A stretch of 64,000 nt of DNA. It comes from an uncultured Candidatus Binatia bacterium. Lineage in GTDB: Bacteria; Desulfobacterota; Binatia; UBA9968; JAJDTQ01. The position numbers and the translations under genes are program-made. Each line of letters begins with the position of its first letter. Within the stretch, counting starts at the first letter, position 1. The notes under the pieces were generated by a model. The model made no database searches and was not told the origin of the DNA. It saw nothing but the letters and a program-made list of their open reading frames with translations. Location of the stretch: NCBI GenBank assembly GCA_964291295.2, contig OZ219754.1:2432001-2496000 (forward strand), read 5' to 3'. Positions 53,686 through 61,741 of this stretch are shown in pieces.

Positions 53686-55023
53686 CTAACTTGCGGGAAA
53701 ATACGACTGATCTGTCGCTTCAACCGATGGCGCGGGAGGGTTGGCAAGAACCAGTTCGGCCAGCGTTTCGACGTGAAAGGTCTGGGGGAAGAGGTCCAGC
53801 GGGCGGATGCGCCGCGGGGTGAAGCCTTGGGCCGCGAGCTGGCGGAGATCCCGCGCCAGGGTCGCCGGATCGCAGGAGACATAGAGGACGCGCCGGGCGC
53901 CGAGGGCGGGGATCGCCGGGATCACCTCCCGGGCGCCGTGGCGCGGCGGGTTCAACACCACCGTGGTGAAGCGCCGGCCCTGTCGGGCCATCTCCGCCAC
54001 CGCCCGGGCGGCATCCCGCCGGAACCACCGGATGTTGCGAAGGCGGTTGTCGCTGGCGTTGCGGTGGCCGTTTCGGACCAGCCTCCGGTCGGCTTCCACC
54101 GCAGTCACCCGTCGCACCCGGCGGGCCATGGGCAGCGTCAGGCTGCCGGCGCCCGCGTAGAGTTCCAGAACATGATCTTGCGCGCCCAGGAACCGCCACG
54201 AGAGCAGCGCGTCCACCAGCCTCCGGTTGCCGTCCGGGTTGACCTGCCCGAAGGTGTCGGCGTCGTGCCGCAGGCGCAGGTCGCCATCCACCACGAAGGA
54301 GAGCGTGGACGCGCCCCATTGGCGGCGCCAGCCGGGACCGGCCATCACGATGCCGGCCACCCGTCCGGTCACCGACTGCGCACAGGTGCGCGTGTCGGCG
54401 GCGGCGAACCGCGCTCGGCTCGACGCCGAAAGTATCACTTGGCCGGTGGCGTCGGCGCTCACGATCTCGACCCTGGACACCGGGGTCTCAAGGCGTTGCA
54501 TCCATTCGCCGGCCGCGCTGATGCCGCGGTCGGTGTCGGGGTCCGCGATCAGGCAGCTGGTGACTTCCACGGTCTCCCGGGAGAAGGCGCGGCGGAACCC
54601 GAGTCTCCCGCGGTCATCGGGGTGGAGACCGATACGCCGGCGGTAGTGAAACTCGGCGGGGGCGGGCAGTATGGGTTGAAGCTCGAAACCGTCGAGACCG
54701 CCCACCCGGGTCAGGGCGTCCACCACGTTGCGTTGCTTGGCCTGAAGCTGTGCGTCGTACGCCACCTGCTGCCACGAACAGCCGCCGCAGGTGCCGGCGT
54801 AACGGCACGGCGCCGCCCGGCGCACCGGCGACGGCCGCAGCAGCGACACCATCCGGGCCACCGCATGACGCTTGTGTTCCTCGACGACCTGGGCCGAGAC
54901 CCGGTCTCCGGGCGTCGTCATGGGAACCATGACGACCTTGCCCTGGTGCCGCCCGAGCCCCCACGGGCCATGGGTGAGGGTGTCGATGGTGATGTCGATG
55001 GTGAGTGTGACCGGATCCGTCAT
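53686..55023 (-). CDS. rlmD: 23S rRNA (uracil-C5)-methyltransferase RlmD/RumA family
   Basis: TRAM domain, C....CGGC..Q, F.QVN, LYAGAG, NPPR.G, YVSCDPATLARD, DLFPQT.HVE. Confidence 0.92.
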   Translation of the reverse strand: MTDPVTLTIDITIDTLTHGPWGLGRHQGKVVMVPMTTPGDRVSAQVVEEHKRHAVARMVSLLRPSPVRRAAPCRYAGTCGGCSWQQVAYDAQLQAKQRNVVDALTRVGGLDGFELQPILPAPAEFHYRRRIGLHPDDRGRLGFRRAFSRETVEVTSCLIADPDTDRGISAAGEWMQRLETPVSRVEIVSADATGQVILSASSRARFAAADTRTCAQSVTGRVAGIVMAGPGWRRQWGASTLSFVVDGDLRLRHDADTFGQVNPDGNRRLVDALLSWRFLGAQDHVLELYAGAGSLTLPMARRVRRVTAVEADRRLVRNGHRNASDNRLRNIRWFRRDAARAVAEMARQGRRFTTVVLNPPRHGAREVIPAIPALGARRVLYVSCDPATLARDLRQLAAQGFTPRRIRPLDLFPQTFHVETLAELVLANPPAPSVEATDQSYFPAS

Positions 55024-55160
55024 GGTTGTCGCGCCGTTGTCGCCCGGGAGTGGCCGCTGCGGGAGTGCCCCTTCTTCTGGTACCGGCCACGCGCCCTTGC
55101 TATAGGTAAAGCGCCGTGGCCGGCGGTCACGGTGCGGGCTCCTGAAAGTCAGGGAAGGTC

Positions 55161-55559
55161 ATGGAATACGATCCGCGTTTTCTCACCGCCGTCGACGAGT
55201 TCAACCGAGGGCTCTTCTACGAGGCTCATGAGACCCTCGAGCAGCTTTGGCTCGAGGACCACGGCCCGGAGCGCGATTTCCATCAGGGCATTATCCAGGT
55301 GGCAGCCGGCTACTTCAAGTGGGAGCAGGAGGTGCCCCGGGGCGCCGTCAAGCTGCTGCGCTCGGCGATACGGAAGCTGGAACCCTACCGCCCGGTCTGT
55401 CTCGGCATCGCCTTGACGGAATTCCTGTCCGACATCCAACGCGACCTGTCCGACATCGAAGCGTGGTGCGACAAGGGCGGCACCGCCCCCGAACTGCGCA
55501 TGCCCCGGCTGCCGCGGCCGGGCGAACCGGCGCCAGGCGCCGGAAGCTCCCGCCCGTAG
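55161..55559 (+). CDS. DUF309 family protein
   Basis: FN.G.FYEAHE.LE.LW...QG.IQ.A. Confidence 0.85.
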   Translation: MEYDPRFLTAVDEFNRGLFYEAHETLEQLWLEDHGPERDFHQGIIQVAAGYFKWEQEVPRGAVKLLRSAIRKLEPYRPVCLGIALTEFLSDIQRDLSDIEAWCDKGGTAPELRMPRLPRPGEPAPGAGSSRP

Positions 55560-55593
55560 TCCGCGGGCAGGTCCGCGGGAACGAGCGCCGCGC

Positions 55594-56457
55594 ATGTCCA
55601 TCCAGCCCCAGGTGATCGCGCTCTGCGCCTCGCTCTGCTACGCGTGCGTGCTGGTGACCTCGCGCCGGGGCATGCGTTACTCGACGCCCAAGACGGTGAC
55701 GCTGGTCTCCCTGGGCGTCCACACCGTCACTACCTGGACGGCGGTCTTCCTCACCGGAGGCATCCCGCGGGTCGACGCGGTGGCCGTCGGCTTCTTCATC
55801 GTCGCGGGTGTGCTCCAGCCGATCATCCGGCTGTTCACCTATACCGGCGTGCAACGGGTCGGGGCTTCCCGCAGCGGCCCGATACGTTCGACCCACCCCA
55901 TGTTCGGAGTATGCATCGCCGTCACCGTGCTGGGCGAGCCCGCCACCGCGGGGGTGCTGGCGGGGGTGGTCTCGGTGGTGTGCGGCATCGTCCTCATTAC
56001 CTGGAGGCCGGCCTCGGAGGTACGCGCGTTTCGCTGGTGGGAGTTCCTGTTCCCGCTCACCGCCGCGCTGCTGGCGGGTATCGTCCACCCCATGCGCCGC
56101 CATGCACTGTCCATTTCCCACGAGCCGCTGTTCTTCGCCGCGCTGGTGGGGATCGTCTCTCTGGCCTGCTTTCTCGCCTACACGCCGCTCAGCCGCGAAC
56201 CGCTGGTGTGGGACCGGCGCGCCATGCTGCCGTTCCTGGCGGCCGGTGCGGCCGAGACCTGCGGCATCCTGTTCGTCATCACCGCCCTGGGCATCGGCAG
56301 CGTGGTGACGGTGTCGCCGCTGGTAGGCATCAGCCCGCTGTGGGTGCTGTTGGGGACGGTGCTTTTCCTGAGGGATCTCGAACAGGTCCGGGTCCGCACC
56401 GTCATCGGCGCCGTCTGTGTCATCGCGGGGACCGCGGCCATCTCCCTGGGTGGGTGA
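55594..56457 (+). CDS. DMT/EamA family transporter
   Basis: 10 TM; VGASRS.P, LGE, V.PL....PL. Confidence 0.85.
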   Translation: MSIQPQVIALCASLCYACVLVTSRRGMRYSTPKTVTLVSLGVHTVTTWTAVFLTGGIPRVDAVAVGFFIVAGVLQPIIRLFTYTGVQRVGASRSGPIRSTHPMFGVCIAVTVLGEPATAGVLAGVVSVVCGIVLITWRPASEVRAFRWWEFLFPLTAALLAGIVHPMRRHALSISHEPLFFAALVGIVSLACFLAYTPLSREPLVWDRRAMLPFLAAGAAETCGILFVITALGIGSVVTVSPLVGISPLWVLLGTVLFLRDLEQVRVRTVIGAVCVIAGTAAISLGG

Positions 56458-56482
56458 GGCGGGACGCGCGGCACCGCCCGGG

Positions 56483-57769
56483 TTACGAAGCCCGGCCGGC
56501 TCTCGCCCGCGCAAGCCGGGTTCTGCCCAGCAGCAGATAGAGGCCGGCCGAGATCAGGTACAGCCCCGCGATACCCAGAAGCGCGGGCTTGTAGCTCCGG
56601 GTGGCGTCGAAGATGGCGCCGTTCAGGGCGGGACCGATCAGTCCACCCCATTGGTAGAAGAAGCCCATGTTGCCGCGCACCTTGGCGAAATGGCGGCGCC
56701 CGTAAAGCTCTCCGACCAGCGCCCAGGTCACCGGAAAGACGGCTTCCACCAGCGAGAACAGGGGAAGAAAGAGCCAGATCCACAGCGTGCTCCGGCCATA
56801 CGTGAGCATCAGGAGTCCCGCCGCCGCCACCAGCATGCAGGCGGCCATGACCCGGGTCTTGTCGAAGTGGTCCGCCAGCCAGCCCACCGTGAGGTGCGTC
56901 GGCAGGGAAAGAGCCGCGAATACGCCGAGAAACCAGCTTGCCGCCAGCTCTCCCACGCCTTTCCAGACCATGATCTGCACGAACGCCTGGATGACGGTGC
57001 TGAGACCGAGGACGCGAAAGAGGGTGGAGGCGACCAGGAGCCAGAATGTGCTGCCGCGCAGGGCCTCCCAGATGCCGATGTCGCCATCGGCCGCGGCCGG
57101 CGAATCGGGACTCCGAAGGGCTCGTGGGAGCCGGTTGCCGTCCGGCATCAGCCCCATGTCCTCCGGCGAGCGGCGCACCATGGCGGCCAGCGGCGTCCCC
57201 AGCACGAGGAAGACCGCGCCCGCGGCGACCGCGCCCCAGCGCCAGCCGAAGTGGTACACCACGTACGCGAGGATCGGCGCCAGCAGCGCGCCGCCGATGC
57301 CGATGGAGCAACTCACCAGCGCCATGGCCCGGGCACGGTAGCGGGAGAACCAGTTGTTGGCCAGCACCATGGGGCAGTGCATGAAGCCGGCCCCGAAGGC
57401 CAGGGAGACCACCCCCAGGTAGATGAACAGCAGAGTCCAGAAGGACGTGACCCAATAGAGGAGTATGTAGCCCAGGCCGGTGAGCAGGACCGCCACCGTC
57501 ATGATTGGCCGCGGTCCGTAACGGTCGATGAGGTAGCCGGCCAGAGGCCCTTCGAGGGCGCCTTCGGCCCGGGCCAGGCCGAACACCAGGCCGGTGGCCG
57601 CGCGACTGATGCCCAAGTCCCTGCCCAGCGGCATGACGAAGACGGCGAAACCGTAGAAATGGAACCCCCCGCCGAGAATCCGGAAGAGGCAGCCCACCAG
57701 CACCATCCGCCAGCCGTAGAACGAAAGATGGTTCCGGCAGGTCCGAAATGCGTTCCTGAAGGGAGGCAA
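56483..57769 (-). CDS. MFS transporter
   Basis: FYGW, GYLIDRYGPR, NWF...R..A, GWLAD; TTG start inferred just after mlaD. Confidence 0.85.
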   Translation of the reverse strand: MPPFRNAFRTCRNHLSFYGWRMVLVGCLFRILGGGFHFYGFAVFVMPLGRDLGISRAATGLVFGLARAEGALEGPLAGYLIDRYGPRPIMTVAVLLTGLGYILLYWVTSFWTLLFIYLGVVSLAFGAGFMHCPMVLANNWFSRYRARAMALVSCSIGIGGALLAPILAYVVYHFGWRWGAVAAGAVFLVLGTPLAAMVRRSPEDMGLMPDGNRLPRALRSPDSPAAADGDIGIWEALRGSTFWLLVASTLFRVLGLSTVIQAFVQIMVWKGVGELAASWFLGVFAALSLPTHLTVGWLADHFDKTRVMAACMLVAAAGLLMLTYGRSTLWIWLFLPLFSLVEAVFPVTWALVGELYGRRHFAKVRGNMGFFYQWGGLIGPALNGAIFDATRSYKPALLGIAGLYLISAGLYLLLGRTRLARARAGRAS

Positions 57770-57771
57770 CG

Positions 57772-58227
57772 CTAGGGCGCGCCTTCCGTCACGTTGCCGC
57801 CGATCATCCTGCCGATGAGGTCGGTGATGTCGGGAGGCGACTCGGTCTCGCGTATCCTGCCGCCCGGTGGAACGAGCCGGTCGGATGCGCCGGGGGAGAT
57901 GGCGATGAACTTGTCGCCGATGAGCCCCCTGGCCCGGACCGAGGCGATGGCGTCCTCCTGGACGGCCACGCCGGGGTTGATGCGCAGTGTCAGGCGTGCG
58001 CGGTCGTCGACGAGGCCCAGGGAGTCCACCCGCCCCACGTTCACGCCGGCGATCTCCACCGCGTCGCCGCGGCGGAGCCCGGCCACGTTGACGAAGTCGG
58101 CGTACACCACGTACCCGGAGTTGCCGAAGGCTTCGAGCTTGCCCAGCCGCACGGCGAGATAGCCGAGGCACAGGAGGCCAGCCACGACGAAAAGGCCGAC
58201 CAGGATTTCCGTTGCCCTGTGGTTCAT
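57772..58227 (-). CDS. mlaD: MlaD/MCE outer-membrane lipid asymmetry protein
   Basis: E..VGLF, F.NVAGL..G..V.IAGV.VG.V, GLIGDKFI. Confidence 0.9.
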   Translation of the reverse strand: MNHRATEILVGLFVVAGLLCLGYLAVRLGKLEAFGNSGYVVYADFVNVAGLRRGDAVEIAGVNVGRVDSLGLVDDRARLTLRINPGVAVQEDAIASVRARGLIGDKFIAISPGASDRLVPPGGRIRETESPPDITDLIGRMIGGNVTEGAP

Positions 58228-59012
58228 TCCATGTCCCGGGGCGTATCCCTGGGCGCGTCCCGGAGGGCGACTCCCTGCGCGACCCACGAAGTCCCGCCAC
58301 CCAGGAACCGCCGTACCGCGGTATTGGCCGACCGGAGGAACTCCCCGGTGGGGCCGCTGTCGGCGATCACTCCGTCGGCCAACATAGCCACGTGGTGGGA
58401 TATTGTAAAGACTTCGGGAATGTCGTGGCTGACGATGACGCCGGTGAAGCCGAGCCGCTCCTGCATGTTGGCAATGAGTTCGTGGATGCTCCTTCCCAGC
58501 AGGGGATCGAGGCCGGTGGTGGGCTCGTCGAACAGCACGATCCGCGGGTCGGTGACCAGCGCGCGGGCGAATCCGGCCCGCTTCTTCATGCCGCCGCTCA
58601 CCTCCGCGGGGTACTTGTATCCCATGTCCCCGAGCCCCACCTGATCCAGCCGCTCGCGGACCTTGGCGGCGATGGCGTCCTCTCCGAGCCGTGTCCGTTC
58701 CCGCAGCGGGAAGGCGACGTTGTCGAAGAGGGTCATGGAGTCCAGCAGGGCCGCCCCCTGAAACAGAAAGCCGAACTGTTCCCGGATCTCGTTCAGGGGT
58801 TTCTGTCCCAGCCGGGTGATGTCGGTTCCGTCCACCAGGACCTGTCCCCGGTCGGGAAGCACCAGCGCGATCATGATCTTCAGCAGCACTGTCTTGCCGG
58901 AGCCGCTGCCGCCGATGATGGTGGTGATCCTGCCGTCTTCGACGGTCAGGCTGGTGCCCCTGAGAACCTCCTGGCGGTCGAAATTCCGGTAGACGTCGAC
59001 GACCTGAATCAT
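58224..59012 (-). CDS. mlaF: MlaF-type ABC ATPase
   Basis: GGSGSGKT, FQGAAL.DS, SGGMKKR, FDEPTTGLDP, SHD. Confidence 0.9.
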   Translation of the reverse strand: MIQVVDVYRNFDRQEVLRGTSLTVEDGRITTIIGGSGSGKTVLLKIMIALVLPDRGQVLVDGTDITRLGQKPLNEIREQFGFLFQGAALLDSMTLFDNVAFPLRERTRLGEDAIAAKVRERLDQVGLGDMGYKYPAEVSGGMKKRAGFARALVTDPRIVLFDEPTTGLDPLLGRSIHELIANMQERLGFTGVIVSHDIPEVFTISHHVAMLADGVIADSGPTGEFLRSANTAVRRFLGGGTSWVAQGVALRDAPRDTPRDME

Positions 59013-59026
59013 GAAAGGCTCCGGGC

Positions 59027-59812
59027 CTACAGCAGCACCGAGGTCAGCACGTAGTCCGACACCAGGATCAGGACGAAGGCGAGCACCACCGCTTCAGTGG
59101 TGGCCCGGCCCACGCCGGTGGCCCTGGGAAGGGCGTGGAACCCCTTGTAGCAGCACACCCAGCTGATGATCAGCCCGAATGCCGCGGACTTGAGCAGCCC
59201 CTCGCCCACGTCCCGGAGCTGTACGCTCTGCTCCATGCCGGCGATGTAGCTGCCCGAGCCCAGGTCGAGCAGGCCCACGCCGACGAGGTACGCGCCGTAG
59301 ATGCCGATGACGTTGAACATGCTGGTCAGGAGCGGCATGGCGATGACGCCGGCAACGATACGGGGCGAGACCAGGTACTTGACGGGGTTGATGGCCATGG
59401 CATGCATGGCGTCGATCTGCTCGGTGACCTTCATGGAGGCAAGCTCCGCCGCCATCGCGGACCCGGTCCTGCCGGTGACCATGAAGGCGGACAGCACCGG
59501 CCCCAGCTCCCGCAGCAGGCTCAGGGCGACCACGGCTCCCAGGAAGCTCTCGGCGTTGAACTTGCGCAGGCTGTAGTAGCCCTGAAGCCCCAGCACCATG
59601 CCGGTGAACAGCCCGGAGAGAAGCACCACGAGCAACGAGTCCACCCCGATGGCGCGGATCTGCCGCACGATGAGCCGAACCTTGGCCGGGGGCCTCAGCG
59701 CCCAGGACAAGGCCGAAGCGAAAAAGGTCACGCCCGATCCCATGGCCGCGACGACGGCGAGCGTCCGTTCGCCGATTCTTGCAAGGAGTGCCATCATGGG
59801 CGGGCTCGACAC
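59027..59812 (-). CDS. mlaE: MlaE-type ABC permease
   Basis: RELGPVL, GRTGS...AEL..MKVTEQIDA, GVG.ATT..VV. Confidence 0.92.
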   Translation of the reverse strand: MSSPPMMALLARIGERTLAVVAAMGSGVTFFASALSWALRPPAKVRLIVRQIRAIGVDSLLVVLLSGLFTGMVLGLQGYYSLRKFNAESFLGAVVALSLLRELGPVLSAFMVTGRTGSAMAAELASMKVTEQIDAMHAMAINPVKYLVSPRIVAGVIAMPLLTSMFNVIGIYGAYLVGVGLLDLGSGSYIAGMEQSVQLRDVGEGLLKSAAFGLIISWVCCYKGFHALPRATGVGRATTEAVVLAFVLILVSDYVLTSVLL

Positions 59813-60027
59813 GGTTCGGGGTCGGATGGGCCGGGGCGTAGCCTTGGCGCGCCGACGTGATCAGGGAGAGCGTCCATTGGTTCCGTCAGGTGTCCGGCGA
59901 CTCACGAGAGCGGGCCGCGGCGGTGCTGCGCGCCCCACCGGCTTGACAGGAGCGTCTTCTCCGTCTGTTCCGGCGCGCGTTTCCCGGGAGCGGTGGTGAT
60001 GCTGCGGAGCGCGTGCCGTCCGCGCAA

Positions 60028-60069
60028 CGGTATCGACAAGCGGTGCCGGCAACAAGCGGTATCGACAAG
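60028..60069. repeat. Short tandem direct repeats in the divergent intergenic region
   Basis: CGGTATCGACAAG / CGGTGCCGGCAACAAG / CGGTATCGACAAG, followed by TTGACA at 60078. Confidence 0.6.
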
Positions 60070-60237
60070 TGTGTCCCTTGACATGTGCGAGCCTTCCGGG
60101 GAAGAGAATCGGCAACGAGCCTGCAGCCCTGATCTTAGACGAGATGGCTTCGCCGGCCAAGCCGCCGCCGGACCGGCAGGTGACCGGCGTTGTCCCGGCC
60201 GCCCTGCCGGAGCCGCCTTCATGGTCCGTACCCCGAC

Positions 60238-60984
60238 ATGAATCCGCGGGAAACCATCGACCGGGTGTTCGCCGGCCGTGTCGCCGTCATACAGCCGAGC
60301 GCGGGCTTCCGCTTCGCACTGGACTCGCTGCTGTTGGCACGCTTTCCCGACCTTCGGGGAGGGGAGCGTGTCGTCGACCTGGGAGCCGGCAACGGGGTTG
60401 TCGCCCTCTCCCTCGCCGTGCTGAACGGCGGGGTGGAGGTGCTCGGGGTGGAGTTGCAGGAAGCCATGGTCGAAAGGGCTGAACGGGGCTCGGTGCTGAA
60501 CCGCGTCGAGAGCCGGATGCGCACGGTCCGTGGCGATGTGCGGGAAGTGCCGGGGAAGTTTCCCGCCGCGGGATTCGACGTCGCCGTGTGCAACCCGCCC
60601 TACCGGGCACCCGGCAGTGGCCGGGTCAACCCCGACCCTGAGCGGCTGCGGGCACGGCACGAGGTGGAAGGGAAACTGGCGGACTTCGTCCGCGCGGGAG
60701 CGCACCTGCTCCGGCACCGGGGCCGGATGTGTCTGGTGTACCCGTCGGAACGGACGGTGGACCTGTGGTCCGCCATGCGGCGACACCACCTTGAGCCCAG
60801 GCGGGCGCGGTTCGTTCATTCCTTTGCCGGTGCGGCGTCGTCGCTGGTGCTGGTGGAGGGAGTCAAGGGAGCGCGGACGGGCCTCACCGTGCAGCCGCCG
60901 CTGGTCATCTACCAGGGCGAGGACCAGTACACCGAAGAGATGGCCGGGCTGCTGGAGCCGGGCCGCCAGGGCCGGGGTGTCTAG
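60238..60984 (+). CDS. tRNA1(Val) (adenine37-N6)-methyltransferase family (YfiC/TrmM-like)
   Basis: Q...GFRF.LDS.LL, DLGAGNG, CNPPY, ARHE. Confidence 0.85.
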   Translation: MNPRETIDRVFAGRVAVIQPSAGFRFALDSLLLARFPDLRGGERVVDLGAGNGVVALSLAVLNGGVEVLGVELQEAMVERAERGSVLNRVESRMRTVRGDVREVPGKFPAAGFDVAVCNPPYRAPGSGRVNPDPERLRARHEVEGKLADFVRAGAHLLRHRGRMCLVYPSERTVDLWSAMRRHHLEPRRARFVHSFAGAASSLVLVEGVKGARTGLTVQPPLVIYQGEDQYTEEMAGLLEPGRQGRGV

Positions 60985-61418
60985 CGCCGTGTCCTCAGCT
61001 GGTTCAGCAGCAGTTGTCTCAGGGAGTTCCGCAGTTCGAGATCCTCAAGGTGGCTCAACTCCCGTTCCGGCAGCCGTGCCGTGTCCACCGCGGGGGGACG
61101 GCTCACGGGCGCTTCCGGCGGCGCTTCGACGTGCACTTCGCCGACCACGAAGAAGATGTTCGTGACCACCCGGCGTTCCATCCGCTGGTTCAGCTTCGCC
61201 GCCATGATCTCCTTCATGTACTGGAGCTGCTGCATCCACGTGGCCGCCCGCACCTTCACGAAAAGGGTGCCGTTGCGGATCTTCTCGGGCTGGGCGTTGC
61301 GCGCCACCGCGGCGCCCACGGTGTCGTCCCATATCTGCCAGAGGGCGTAGTCGTCGAGTCTCTGCTGGATCGGCAGCCGCCGCACGGTGCGGTCGATGAT
61401 GTCGCCGAGTCGCTTCAT
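60981..61418 (-). CDS. DUF721/DciA-like protein
   Basis: W...VG..VA.NAQP..IRNG.L.V....W.QQL. Confidence 0.8.
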   Translation of the reverse strand: MKRLGDIIDRTVRRLPIQQRLDDYALWQIWDDTVGAAVARNAQPEKIRNGTLFVKVRAATWMQQLQYMKEIMAAKLNQRMERRVVTNIFFVVGEVHVEAPPEAPVSRPPAVDTARLPERELSHLEDLELRNSLRQLLLNQLRTRR

Positions 61419-61507
61419 CCTGTCATGTGGCGGCTGGGTCCGGTCTGCGGGAGACGTGGAGCCGGGCTTTCCGGCGCGCGGGCGATGGCGTGCTCGGACG
61501 GGGGCGG

Positions 61508-61560
61508 ATTCGAGATGTTGTCCCTTGCGCTTGACAGGGCACAACATGTTGTGGGATAGT
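61508..61560 (+). promoter_or_regulatory. nrdJ promoter with tandem NrdR boxes
   Basis: Perfect palindrome CACAACATGTTGTG (61540-61553) matches the NrdR consensus; degenerate copy (…GAGATGTTGT) 31 bp upstream; TTGACA (61531) -18- GATAGT. Confidence 0.8.
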
Positions 61561-61607
61561 GGGCTTTTTCACCGGATACGGCTGACTCGAGCGCTGGGTT
61601 CAAGTGC

Positions 61608-61648
61608 TTGGTTTGAACGTTTGGCTCGAACAACTTGGCTCGAACAAC
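61608..61648. repeat. 13-14 bp tandem repeat in the nrdJ leader
   Basis: TTGGTTTGAACGT / TTGGCTCGAACAAC / TTGGCTCGAACAAC. Confidence 0.7.
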
Positions 61649-61741
61649 GATCGACTCCCGTACGGCTGGATCCAGCGAACACCGATGCGGGCCGGACAAG
61701 AAGGTACAAGAGAACCGTCAACGGAACAAGCAGGGGGGTAC

